Below, in pieces: positions 55,267-64,000 of a stretch of DNA of 64,000 nt. Position numbers and translations under genes: made by a program. The stretch's first letter is position 1. The number at the start of each line of letters is the position of its first letter. Source of the stretch: Candidatus Sericytochromatia bacterium (lineage in GTDB: Bacteria > Cyanobacteriota > Sericytochromatia > S15B-MN24 > VGJW01); the NCBI GenBank assembly GCA_035285865.1, contig JAYKHS010000017.1:32001-96000 (forward strand). Reading direction: 5' to 3'. Below the pieces are notes generated by a model. That model made no database searches. It was not told where the DNA came from and worked only from the letters and a program-made list of their open reading frames with translations.

Positions 55267-57164
55267 GCCACGGCGGACACCACGGCCACCTGCTCCGCGA
55301 GGACGATCACGAGCGGGCGTTCGACCCGATGCTGTTCCGCCATGTGCTGCGCTGGACACGTCCGGTTGCCGCCTGGCTGCTGGTCGGACTCGCGCTGCTG
55401 GTCCCGCTGAGTGCCGTGCCGGTCGTACTGCCGTGGATCGTCAAGCAGGCGATCGACGGGCCGCTGGGCGTGCAAGGAACGGTGCCGGTGCCTGCAACCG
55501 GACCGCTGGGGCTGGATCCGGGGTCTTGGCCGTGGCCGTCGGATCTGGTGGGGCTCGCGGTGCTTTATCTGGCGTTGCTGGTGGGCGAGTCCGTGCTGCG
55601 CTACGGCCAAGGCCTGATCATCCAGGGAGCCGGCCAGCGTGTCATCCGCCGGATCCGCGAGGAGACCTACGCGCACCTGTTGCGGCTGGACATGGCGGTA
55701 TTCGACCGTCAGCCGGTGGGGCGTCTGGTCGCACGGGTCACGTCGGACACCGAGAACATCAACGAGATGGTCACGGGCGTCCTCGTCGGACTCTTCCGGG
55801 ATGTCTTCGTCATCGCGGGTACCGTCTGGGCCCTGTTCCGCCTCGATTCGACGCTGGCTTGGGTGGCGCTGGCAGCGGCGCCGATCATCGGGGGGCTGAC
55901 GTTCGGATTCCGCAGGTGGTTGCGGTCTTCCTGGCGTGGGCTGCGGGTCCGGCAGGCCACGCTGATGTCCGTCATGTCCGAGAACCTGTCCGGGGTGCCC
56001 GTGCTGCAAGCCTTCGGGCGTGAAGATGCGGCCCAGGCGACTTTCCGGGACGAGGCCGACGCCTTCTACCGGACGGCGTGGAACCTTACGCACGTGCAGG
56101 GGATTCTCCGGCCTGCCATCGACCTCGCGACGCAGTTGGCCCTTGCGGCGGTGCTCTGGGCCGGTGGCCAGGCAGTCCTCGGGCACGGACTTGCCCTGGG
56201 AACCCTGTACGCCTTCACGGTCTACCTTCGGCAGCTCTTCAGCCCATTGGGCGAGCTGGCCGAGAAATACAACACGACGCTTGCCGCCTTTGCTTCGGCG
56301 GAGCGGTTGGTGCAACTGCAGGAGTCTCGCCCGACCGTCTTGGCGCGTGGCGAAGGACCCTCCCTGCCTGAGGCCGAGGCCCTGCGTGCCCAGCCCCTGC
56401 GCTTCGAGGGAGTCGGCTTCGCCTATGCGCCAGATGGGCCCGACGTGCTGGAAGACGTGACCCTGCTGCTGGCGCCGGGCGAGACCGTCGGGGTGGTGGG
56501 GGCGACGGGTGCGGGCAAGAGCAGTCTGCTGGGGCTGGTCGCCCGCTTTCACGATCCGGTCCGGGGCCGCCTGCTTGTCGGGGACGTGCCGCTGACGCGC
56601 TGGGACCCCGAGGCCTGGCGTCGGAATCTCGGCATGGTCCTGCAGGAGCCGTTGCTGTTCCGGGGCACCCTGGGCGACAACCTCAGGATGGGCCGCGAGG
56701 ATCTTCAGGACGAGCAGCTTCGGGCCGTCATGTCCGACGTGCTTGGCGAGGACCTCGAGCGGCGTTGGCCGGAGGCTCTCGCCACCCCCATGGGTGACCG
56801 CGGAGGCCTGCTCTCCACGGGCGAGCGCCAACTCGTTTGCCTTGCGAGGGCCTTGGCCACCGACCCGCCCCTGCTGGTGCTGGACGAGGCCACGGCAAGT
56901 GTCGACAGCGCCACCGAGGAAGCCATGCTGCGACAGGTCGAGGCCCGGCGGGGGAAGGGGATGACCCTGGTCGTGGCCCATCGCCTCGCCACGGTGCGGG
57001 ATGCGGACCGCATCGTCGTGCTGCATGCCGGTCGCGTCGTGGAGGAGGGCACGCATGCGGCCCTGCTGGCGGCTGGGGGTCGGTATGCGACCATGTGGGC
57101 GTTGCAGGCTGGCGAAGGCCAGTTGGCCGTAGCCGGGGGACAGGAGGCCGTTCTTGGAGACTGA
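55263..57164 (+). CDS. Heterodimeric ABC exporter subunit 2 (MdlB/YheH-like)
   Basis: TMD + GATGAGKS, LSTGERQ, DEATASVD, AHRL. Confidence 0.9.
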   Translation: MSHGGHHGHLLREDDHERAFDPMLFRHVLRWTRPVAAWLLVGLALLVPLSAVPVVLPWIVKQAIDGPLGVQGTVPVPATGPLGLDPGSWPWPSDLVGLAVLYLALLVGESVLRYGQGLIIQGAGQRVIRRIREETYAHLLRLDMAVFDRQPVGRLVARVTSDTENINEMVTGVLVGLFRDVFVIAGTVWALFRLDSTLAWVALAAAPIIGGLTFGFRRWLRSSWRGLRVRQATLMSVMSENLSGVPVLQAFGREDAAQATFRDEADAFYRTAWNLTHVQGILRPAIDLATQLALAAVLWAGGQAVLGHGLALGTLYAFTVYLRQLFSPLGELAEKYNTTLAAFASAERLVQLQESRPTVLARGEGPSLPEAEALRAQPLRFEGVGFAYAPDGPDVLEDVTLLLAPGETVGVVGATGAGKSSLLGLVARFHDPVRGRLLVGDVPLTRWDPEAWRRNLGMVLQEPLLFRGTLGDNLRMGREDLQDEQLRAVMSDVLGEDLERRWPEALATPMGDRGGLLSTGERQLVCLARALATDPPLLVLDEATASVDSATEEAMLRQVEARRGKGMTLVVAHRLATVRDADRIVVLHAGRVVEEGTHAALLAAGGRYATMWALQAGEGQLAVAGGQEAVLGD

Positions 57165-57639
57165 AGACCAAACAGAGGCTGCCGTCGTATCCGAACCCGC
57201 GCCCGCGACCTGGCGAACGCGCGTGGGGCGCCTCTTGGACATGGCGGCGTGGGCACTCGTGGCCGTGGTCGTCTGGCGCTTCCTCGGGCCTCAGGCGTCG
57301 GCGGATCTCGCCGGGGTGCGGGGTGTGGGCGGGGTGCTCGAACTGCCACCGGATCGACCGGCCGTGATCGAGGTGTCGTCGCACACCTGACCGGCCTGCG
57401 TCGCGATGGTGCCGGTCTGGCACCTGCTCGAAGCCCGCAGGGGCAGGGATGCGGCGTTCCGGGTGCTGTACCTGGACGAGGCGTCGGAGTCCGCCGCGGC
57501 CTTTGCCGTGCTCGAGGCGGCCCGTTCGCGCGTCACGCCAACCTTCCTGGTTCTGGACCGAAAGGGCCGTCCGGCGGCACGCTTCATGGGTGCCACGTCC
57601 TACATGGCGATCAGCGGGGCACTCGACGCGCTGCCCTGA
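57154..57639 (+). CDS. Membrane-anchored thioredoxin-fold selenoprotein (Sec at codon 79, UPAC), 161 aa
   Basis: AGGAGG SD 6 nt before TTG 57154; TM helix; DRPAVIEVSSHT-TGA-PACVAM continues in frame into VTPTFLVLDRKG..RFMG (cis-Pro loop). Confidence 0.85.
57403..57427 (+). promoter_or_regulatory. Bacterial SECIS-like hairpin
   Basis: GCG-AU-GGUGCC-GGUCU-GGCACC-UGC starting 12 nt after the UGA (57388-57390); GGUCU apical sequence resembles the E. coli fdhF SECIS. Confidence 0.7.
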
Positions 57640-57713
57640 GCGTTGCCGTTCCGGCCTGCGCCTGGGCCGATGCACCGCGAACGGAACCGGACCGTTCGGG
57701 CAGGTGCCTCAGC

Positions 57714-59153
57714 TCAGGAGCCCAGCCAGGCACGCGCTGCCGCAAGCCGGTTGCTGTAGATCTGCAGGACGTCCTTACGCTCGTCGGGTGTCAGGCGGCT
57801 CTCGGGGTCGGCGGCTTTGAGGATGCGCTCCCCCGATCCTCCGGCATCCTTGGCGCCGGCGAGTGCCGTTGCCGCGGTCGTCAGTCTGTCGGCCACCTTG
57901 CCATCTGCCACGGCCTCGGCAAGGCCGTCAGCATCCATCCAGGCTGCCGCCGCGAGTTCGGCAGGGTCCACCCCGTGCTCGCGGGCAACAGTCTCGAGGA
58001 TGTCCCGATGCGGCTCCAGCGCAGCGGTTGCCTCTTCGCGGTCGAAGCCCCAGCCGTCCTCGGCCTGGGGCAAGGGCAGGTTGTCATCGCCCACGGCCTT
58101 GGCAGCCTGATCCACGAATTCGGGCATGTCCTCGCCCAGGCGTTCGAGGGTCGTTTCGTCGAGGCCCATGCGCCGGCCCGCCGCAACGGGATCCTTGCCC
58201 TGTCGCGCCGCGCCCAGCAGCTCGGCGGCCTGGTCCTCGTCCACGCCATAGGCTCGGGCGATGGCCTTGAGCACTTCCTGCAACGCCATGAGGTCCGCGA
58301 AGCTGCGGGGTGCCTGGGCCTGTGCCGGTACCCCGGAAGCCGGTGGTTCCGCCACGCCTCCGCTACGACCGCGCGAGGGCCGATAGGGTACTGGGCCGTC
58401 TGGCCGTCCATCCGAGGCGAGGGCGCCGCCCCCACCGAGCGGGTTGCTGACGGGCGGCAGATCCGCGGCCGCACCGTCGTCGGCCCCGGCACCCGTCAGG
58501 CGGCCGTAGGCCATGATGCTGTTCAGGCGGCCCTCGTTCATGACGGTCCGATGCGCGGGCTGGCCGAAGCGGTTGCTCTCGAGCATCTCGGTCGGACGCC
58601 CCTGGGCGTCGACCTTGGAGACGACGCCGACATGGTCGGACTTGCCGTCCTTGTCCCAGTCGAAGAACATGACGTCGCCGACGTGGGCCGGGGAGCGCCG
58701 ATCGACGAGCTGCTGTTCCTTGCGGAAGTACTGGATCATCGACGGGCAGTAGTGGGGGTTGTAGCCCTTGGCCTTCATGTCCTTGCCCAGAGCGAAGCCT
58801 GCCCGGTCGTAGCTGTCGGCCACGAAGTCGGCGCAGCAGCCGACCTTGCCCGGGCTGTGGTAGTACCGCGTCGTCAGGTTGGGCGGGTATTTGTAGCCGC
58901 CTTCGATCAGGCTGCGGGCACCCTTGACCACGTCGTTGCCGAAGGTCGCCCGGGGATTGGCTGCCTTGGCGGCGGCTACGGCATCCGACAGCGAGCGAGC
59001 TTCAGACATGCGCCCCGTCGTGGACAACTGGTCCCTGACGGGGCCCGTCGTGCCGAGCGGGGCCGTGGCCCTAGCCGCAGGGAGGCTCCGGGAGAGGGGG
59101 GCGGATCCATGAAGGGGGCGTGCGCCGCCCGGGCGCTGCACGGGGTCTGGCAT
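57714..59153 (-). CDS. CHAP-domain amidase with acidic helical C-terminal region
   Basis: GCCADFV, YCPS, GDVMFFDW..G.SDHVGVV, LESN; ATG at 59153. Confidence 0.8.
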   Translation of the reverse strand: MPDPVQRPGGARPLHGSAPLSRSLPAARATAPLGTTGPVRDQLSTTGRMSEARSLSDAVAAAKAANPRATFGNDVVKGARSLIEGGYKYPPNLTTRYYHSPGKVGCCADFVADSYDRAGFALGKDMKAKGYNPHYCPSMIQYFRKEQQLVDRRSPAHVGDVMFFDWDKDGKSDHVGVVSKVDAQGRPTEMLESNRFGQPAHRTVMNEGRLNSIMAYGRLTGAGADDGAAADLPPVSNPLGGGGALASDGRPDGPVPYRPSRGRSGGVAEPPASGVPAQAQAPRSFADLMALQEVLKAIARAYGVDEDQAAELLGAARQGKDPVAAGRRMGLDETTLERLGEDMPEFVDQAAKAVGDDNLPLPQAEDGWGFDREEATAALEPHRDILETVAREHGVDPAELAAAAWMDADGLAEAVADGKVADRLTTAATALAGAKDAGGSGERILKAADPESRLTPDERKDVLQIYSNRLAAARAWLGS

Positions 59154-59191
59154 ACGGTGGTCATACCCGGGGGCTGGGGTATCCTTGGGGC

Positions 59192-61057
59192 ATGGGCACC
59201 AACATCGTACGCACGTGGAGTGCGTCCGTCTCCGCACCTCCCGAGTCCGTCTGGACATGGGTGGCCGACACGCGCCGCTTCAACCGGGCGCTGGGTGTGG
59301 ATTTCCCGCTGACGGGCTACGAAGGATCGCCAGAGGGCGAGGTCGACCTTTATGGCACGCATGACCTCGGACGCTTCCGCGAGCAGCCGTTCCAGTGGAT
59401 CGAGCCCGAGTCCTTCGCCTCTTGCCGCGAGTTCATCGAGGGCCCCCTCGAGGAGCTGCGGACGCAGGTCCGTCTGGCCCCCGGCGTGGATGACTCCGAT
59501 GGGCCGATGACTCACCTCCAATACACCGTGAAGTGCGTGGTGCGCGAGGGCGTGCCCGAGGAGGTGACGGGAGCGCTCGACGGCATGCTCACGTCCTTCG
59601 GTGGGGGCATCCTCGACCTCTGCGCGGCGATGAACGCACGTTATCGTGCAGGCCAGCCGGCGGTGTACGTGCCGCCACCCCCTGAACTGGACGATGCTGC
59701 GTTGGCGCGAATCGCGGCCATCGGCGACCGCTTGCGCCAGAACGGGCGTCTGTCGCCGGTCGCGATCGACCGCCTGCTCGCTCTGGTGCGCACGGGCGGG
59801 GATGTCGAGGCCTGGCGGATGCGCCCGATCGCGCTTGCCAGGGCTTGGGGCATCCCGTCGCACGAGGTCGTGCGCGTGTTCCTGCACGCGACGCAGGCCG
59901 GCCTGCTGGATCTGCATTGGGAGATGACCTGCCCCCATTGCCGGGGCGTGGCCGAGGATCGGGGGCATCTGGCCGAGGTCACGGCTGTTGCGGCCTGTGC
60001 GTACTGTGTGGTGGAGGTGACTCCGGATCTGGCCTCATCGGTCGAGGTGACGTTCCGCCCGAATGCCGCGGTGCGGCGCATCGAGTTCAGGATGTACTGC
60101 TCCGGCGGACCCTTGGCCATGCCTCACGTGCTCTCGCAGGTGGTCGTGCCGCCGCATGACAGTCGAGAACTGCTGCTCGATCTGGGGCACGGTGCGTACC
60201 GCGTCCGGGCCCAGTGGCGGCAGCAGGCATGCATTGTCGAGATCGCGGAAGCGGCCGGTCCCGGGGCGGGCCAACCCGAACTGGTCGAACTGCGGTGTGG
60301 CGATGGCGGCCTCGACAGGGCGCAACTGCAGCACGCTTCGGGGCGCTTCCGCCTTGCCGTGGACAATGTCTCGGACAAGCCGATCCGGCTGCTCGTCGAG
60401 CGTACGGCGTGGGCGGACGATCGCCTTACGGCGGCGGCCTTGACCAGCCATCGCGACTTCCGGCACATGTTCGGCCACGAGGTTCTGGCACAGGGTACGC
60501 AGGTGACGTTGTCCCGGCAGACCATCCTCTTCACGGACCTCAAGAACTCGACCCAGATGTACGAGGACATCGGGGATGCCCTGTCGTTCAGCTTGGTGCG
60601 CGACCACTTCGTCGTGATGGACGAGGCCATCGACGCCTTCGGGGGGGCCATTGTCAAGACCATCGGGGATGCCGTGATGGCGGTGTTCGACGACCCGGTC
60701 GCGGCCGTGCGTTCGGCGTTCCGGATGCAGCGGGAGCTGCAGGCCTTCAATGCCACTTCGGGACGACCGCCCCTGACGCTCAAAGTAGGGATCCACGCAG
60801 GGCCGGGCATTGCCGTGACATTGAATGATCGCCTCGACTACTTCGGTACGACCGTCAACATGGCTGCGCGCGTCCAGGGCGAGTCGGTCGGGGACGACAT
60901 CGTCCTCTCCGAGGCCGTTTGTGCCGACCCCGGCGTTCGCGACCTCCTCGCGGCCGAGGCCGCGCCCCGCGAACCGTACAAGGCCACGCTCAAGGGCCTC
61001 GGGGGCCAGCACGAACTGACGCGCCTCTGGCCCTTGCGCGTCCCGGCCCGGGTCTGA
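59192..61057 (+). CDS. SRPBCC + DUF5939 + class III adenylate/guanylate cyclase
   Basis: WTWVADT.RFNR, CPHC..CAYC, FTDLKNST, VKTIGDAVMA, DYFGTTVNMAAR. Confidence 0.9.
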   Translation: MGTNIVRTWSASVSAPPESVWTWVADTRRFNRALGVDFPLTGYEGSPEGEVDLYGTHDLGRFREQPFQWIEPESFASCREFIEGPLEELRTQVRLAPGVDDSDGPMTHLQYTVKCVVREGVPEEVTGALDGMLTSFGGGILDLCAAMNARYRAGQPAVYVPPPPELDDAALARIAAIGDRLRQNGRLSPVAIDRLLALVRTGGDVEAWRMRPIALARAWGIPSHEVVRVFLHATQAGLLDLHWEMTCPHCRGVAEDRGHLAEVTAVAACAYCVVEVTPDLASSVEVTFRPNAAVRRIEFRMYCSGGPLAMPHVLSQVVVPPHDSRELLLDLGHGAYRVRAQWRQQACIVEIAEAAGPGAGQPELVELRCGDGGLDRAQLQHASGRFRLAVDNVSDKPIRLLVERTAWADDRLTAAALTSHRDFRHMFGHEVLAQGTQVTLSRQTILFTDLKNSTQMYEDIGDALSFSLVRDHFVVMDEAIDAFGGAIVKTIGDAVMAVFDDPVAAVRSAFRMQRELQAFNATSGRPPLTLKVGIHAGPGIAVTLNDRLDYFGTTVNMAARVQGESVGDDIVLSEAVCADPGVRDLLAAEAAPREPYKATLKGLGGQHELTRLWPLRVPARV

Positions 61058-61064
61058 GGGCGGC

Positions 61065-62447
61065 GTGCGGCAGCCGGCACTCTCACCGCTTGACGGCAGG
61101 TACCGGGACAAGGTCACCGGGCTCGCCGTCCTGCTCTCCGAGGAAGGCCTGAACCGGGGCCGGATCCGGGTCGAGGTGGCATACCTGCGGGCCTTCCTCG
61201 AGATCCTCGATGTGCCGGCGGTGCGCACGGTGGACGAGGCGTCGTGGTCGACGCTGGTGGCATGCAACGACGCGGACCTCGCCGACCTCGCGGCACGCGA
61301 GCGGGTGTTGCGGCATGACGTGAAGGCCGTCGAACATCTGCTGCGCGACCGGGTGGCCGCACATCCGGTGCTGGGTCCGTGGGCCGGCCACGTGCACCTC
61401 GGCCTGACGAGCGAGGACGTCAACAATCTTGCGTGGGGCCTCGCCGTGGTCGAGGCTTGGCGCGTCGTGCTGCGTCCGGCCCTCGTGACTCTGGTCGCGG
61501 CCTTGGCCGACCTCGCAGAGGCTGCTGCAGACCAGCCCATGCTGGCTCGGACGCACGGCCAGCCTGCTACGCCCACGACGCTGGGCAAGGAGCTGGCGGT
61601 GTTCGTGGTGCGTCTTGCCGACGGCCTCGCCGAGGCGGATCGTTGCATCCCCGGCGGCAAGCTGACGGGGGCGACGGGGACACATGGAGCGTTGTCCGTC
61701 GCCTTTCCGCACATCGACTGGTCGGCCTTCGGCAGCCGTTTCGTCGCGGGTCTGGGGCTCGAGCCCGTGCGCCTGACGACCCAGGTCGAGCCTCGGGATC
61801 GTCTGGCCGCACACCTCGATGCCCTGCGCCGACTGGCGGTGGTGGTGCTCGACATGGATCAGGATTTTTGGCGCTACGTCTCCGATGGCTGGTTGCAGCA
61901 GCGCAAGGTCGCGGAGGAGGTCGGGTCGAGCGCCATGCCCCACAAGATCAACCCCATCGACTTCGAGAACAGCGAGGGCAACATGGGCCTCGCCGTCGCC
62001 CTGCTGGGCCACATGGCGGTCAAGTTGCCGCAGAGCCGGCTGCAGCGGGATTTGTCCGACTCGACGGTCTTGCGCAACCTGGGCGTGGCGTTGGGACACT
62101 GGCTGCTGGGCGTGACGTCGGCAAGCGCCGGACTCGCGCGCGTCGCGCCCGACACGGTGGCCATGGACGCGGCCCTGCAGGACCACCCCGAGGTCCTGGC
62201 CGAAGCGTGGCAGGTGGCGCTCCGGGCACATGGCGTGACCCACGCCTACGAGCGCCTGAAGGACCTCACCCGGGGGCGCACCGCAGACGCGGATGCCCTG
62301 CGCACGTTGCTGGACGATCCGGCAATTCCCGAGGAGCTGCGTGTCCGGCTCGGGGCGATGAGGCCCGCGGACTTCGTTGGCCAGGCTCCGGCGCTTGCAC
62401 GCGCGGCGGTGGCGGACGTCCGGGCCCGGCTCAGCCTCCCAGCGTGA
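61065..62447 (+). CDS. purB: Adenylosuccinate lyase
   Basis: LSPLDGRY, HDVKAVE, TSEDVNN, RTHGQPATPTT.GKE, GSSAMPHKINPIDFENSEGN, SRLQRDLSDS. Confidence 0.95.
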   Translation: MRQPALSPLDGRYRDKVTGLAVLLSEEGLNRGRIRVEVAYLRAFLEILDVPAVRTVDEASWSTLVACNDADLADLAARERVLRHDVKAVEHLLRDRVAAHPVLGPWAGHVHLGLTSEDVNNLAWGLAVVEAWRVVLRPALVTLVAALADLAEAAADQPMLARTHGQPATPTTLGKELAVFVVRLADGLAEADRCIPGGKLTGATGTHGALSVAFPHIDWSAFGSRFVAGLGLEPVRLTTQVEPRDRLAAHLDALRRLAVVVLDMDQDFWRYVSDGWLQQRKVAEEVGSSAMPHKINPIDFENSEGNMGLAVALLGHMAVKLPQSRLQRDLSDSTVLRNLGVALGHWLLGVTSASAGLARVAPDTVAMDAALQDHPEVLAEAWQVALRAHGVTHAYERLKDLTRGRTADADALRTLLDDPAIPEELRVRLGAMRPADFVGQAPALARAAVADVRARLSLPA

Positions 62448-63981
62448 AGCGGGCCAGCGCCCGGGATTGCTGCTTCAGTACCGTCTCGGGCTTGCGGTCC
62501 ATGTCGGCCGCCGAGTAGCGCGGCACCCCCCGGACCGTGACGGTCAGACGCGGGCCCGCCACGGCGAACTCGGTCCACGTGTAGCCGTGCCCAAGGCCCC
62601 AGGTGCCATGCTCGAGCCGGCCAAGTTCCGGTGGGAGGCCGATGGGGTCGAGGCCCTGGACCCGCAGTTGCGTGTCGATGAGTTGCAGCATCAGTCGGTC
62701 CCGGTCGGCCATGCCGGCCTTGGCATAGCGGGCACGGACCTGTTGGCCCAGGATAGGTGAAGTCGCACGGATCAGGCGCTCGCCCAGGATGAAGTCCACC
62801 CCGGTCGGACCGGTCAGGATCTCGATGGGGGTCCGGTCCGGCGGCAGCACGCCGAGGGTCCGGCTGCCGTCGACCTCGTTCACCAGGGTTCCGTGGTGGT
62901 CGGCACCGATGAAGACGACGTGCCGGATGCCGTCGTCGCGCAAGAAGCGCAGCAGCTCCATGCGTTCCTCCGGCCAGCCCTCGTACCGATCGCCTGCGCC
63001 GGCAAGGCCCAGGTTCTGGACGGGGACGGGCACGAGCACGAACTTCCAGTGGACGCCGTCCCGCTCGGCCGCGCGCAGCTCGCCCTTGAGCCAGTTCATC
63101 TGCGCCGTGCCGAGCATGCGCCGGCCAGGCCGATTGGCCTGCAGGAGGTATCCTGCCCAGCCCAGCGGGTCGAAGGTCTTGACCTTGGCCACGGGCGCGG
63201 TGCGGAACGAGCGCCCGTCCACCATCGCCAGCATCGCGTCACGCCCGAGGCGTCGCGCGCGGCAGAGCCGCGGCAGGCCGCCGATGCTCCCGGGCGCGCC
63301 CGCCTCCCAGCGCTCCGCCGCGATTGGCATCATGGCTTCGAAGGCCCCTACGCCGGCCCGATAGCGTGGACCGCGGGCGAAGGGTACTCCGCCGACACGC
63401 GCCATGCCGGCAAAGTCGTTGACCACCTCATGGTCGTCGATCATGGCGAAGAGCCCGGTGGCGGCGCGGGCCCGTTGCCATGTGTCGAGGCCGTGGCGCG
63501 GCGTCAGGCCCTCGCGATGCCGGCCCAGATAGTCCGCGTAGGTGACGGCATCGGCCTTGGCCTGCAGCGAGGGTTCGTCCCCGTATATCGTGTCGCCCAG
63601 GGCCACCATGAAATCGAGGTCGCGGTCCGGGACGTCCGCGATGGCCGTATAGGGCTGCAGGTCCTGGCTCCAGTCGCCCGTGACCCCGAAGCGAACCGGT
63701 ACGGCGGCATTCCGGTGGGGCAGGGTGCGGAAGCGACCCGTGCTGGCCCGGCCATCTGCGGTCACGATTCGGACGGTGTGGTTCGTGCCCGGCGCGAGGC
63801 CAGCGATGTGCCACTTGGCCGGTCCGACGCCGGCGCGTCCTTCGAGGATGGCCACGGGGGGTGCCGAGTCGGTCGTGCGCACCTCCACCCGGACCGGTCC
63901 TGCCTTGTCGACCCAGGCCCAGAGGACGGCACTCGCGTCCGTCAGATCGCCGGTGGCGAGGCCGTGCAGCAGGTCCAGCAT
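62431..63981 (-). CDS. phoD: PhoD-family alkaline phosphatase
   Basis: GLATGD, GRFRTLP, LGDTIY.D, DDHEV.ND, LD.RS.R-like, MLG.AQ..WL, D.YEGW..ER, ADHH; AGGAG SD; no signal peptide seen. Confidence 0.82.
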   Translation of the reverse strand: MLDLLHGLATGDLTDASAVLWAWVDKAGPVRVEVRTTDSAPPVAILEGRAGVGPAKWHIAGLAPGTNHTVRIVTADGRASTGRFRTLPHRNAAVPVRFGVTGDWSQDLQPYTAIADVPDRDLDFMVALGDTIYGDEPSLQAKADAVTYADYLGRHREGLTPRHGLDTWQRARAATGLFAMIDDHEVVNDFAGMARVGGVPFARGPRYRAGVGAFEAMMPIAAERWEAGAPGSIGGLPRLCRARRLGRDAMLAMVDGRSFRTAPVAKVKTFDPLGWAGYLLQANRPGRRMLGTAQMNWLKGELRAAERDGVHWKFVLVPVPVQNLGLAGAGDRYEGWPEERMELLRFLRDDGIRHVVFIGADHHGTLVNEVDGSRTLGVLPPDRTPIEILTGPTGVDFILGERLIRATSPILGQQVRARYAKAGMADRDRLMLQLIDTQLRVQGLDPIGLPPELGRLEHGTWGLGHGYTWTEFAVAGPRLTVTVRGVPRYSAADMDRKPETVLKQQSRALARFTLGG

Positions 63982-64000
63982 GGTTAGGAGACTCCTTCCT

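Noticed and set aside
16924..57390. Genome-wide TGA reassignment (code 4/25) or pseudogenes as the explanation for the in-frame TGAs
   Set aside because: TGA terminates many genes at their expected ends (e.g. 17728, 52145); both internal TGAs fall precisely on redox Cys positions and have downstream hairpins

Overview
Gene-dense, GC-rich bacterial chromosomal window with about 55 real genes; most other ORF-track entries are antisense or shadow ORFs. No rRNA, tRNA, CRISPR array, integrase or transposase was recognised. Lipoproteins and an outer-membrane beta-barrel indicate a diderm. The protein repertoire resembles Ca. Sericytochromatia-like non-photosynthetic relatives of Cyanobacteria, but this is unverified inference. 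Housekeeping genes include fabI, purB, tldD/pmbA, ABC and MFS transporters, SPFH/NfeD, an Nfu protein, a two-component system and phoD. Main observations: (1) Two hidden selenoprotein genes that the ORF track breaks at an in-frame TGA: a DsbA/FrnE-like protein (U-P-W-C) and a membrane-anchored thioredoxin (U-P-A-C). Each has a SECIS-like hairpin just after the UGA. (2) A 121-aa protein of four exact 27-aa-period repeats (FAVTESDLPV) that looks like a multi-core peptide precursor, near a GNAT-cNMP fusion and a tldD-pmbA-ABC-ABC-Sec-thioredoxin operon. (3) A four-gene surface-lipoprotein operon with a shared unnamed N-terminal domain and a low-GC beta-propeller tip. (4) A multi-stem 5' leader RNA candidate. 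(5) Several signal-peptide-less cell-wall-active proteins with a shared D-x-L-x-L-S-like N-terminal motif. (6) A MerR/VIT-vWA/orphan DNA methyltransferase operon and an Hhe-like defence helicase-nuclease. (7) Widespread leaderless promoter architecture. All protein family calls come from motif recognition by eye, not database searches.
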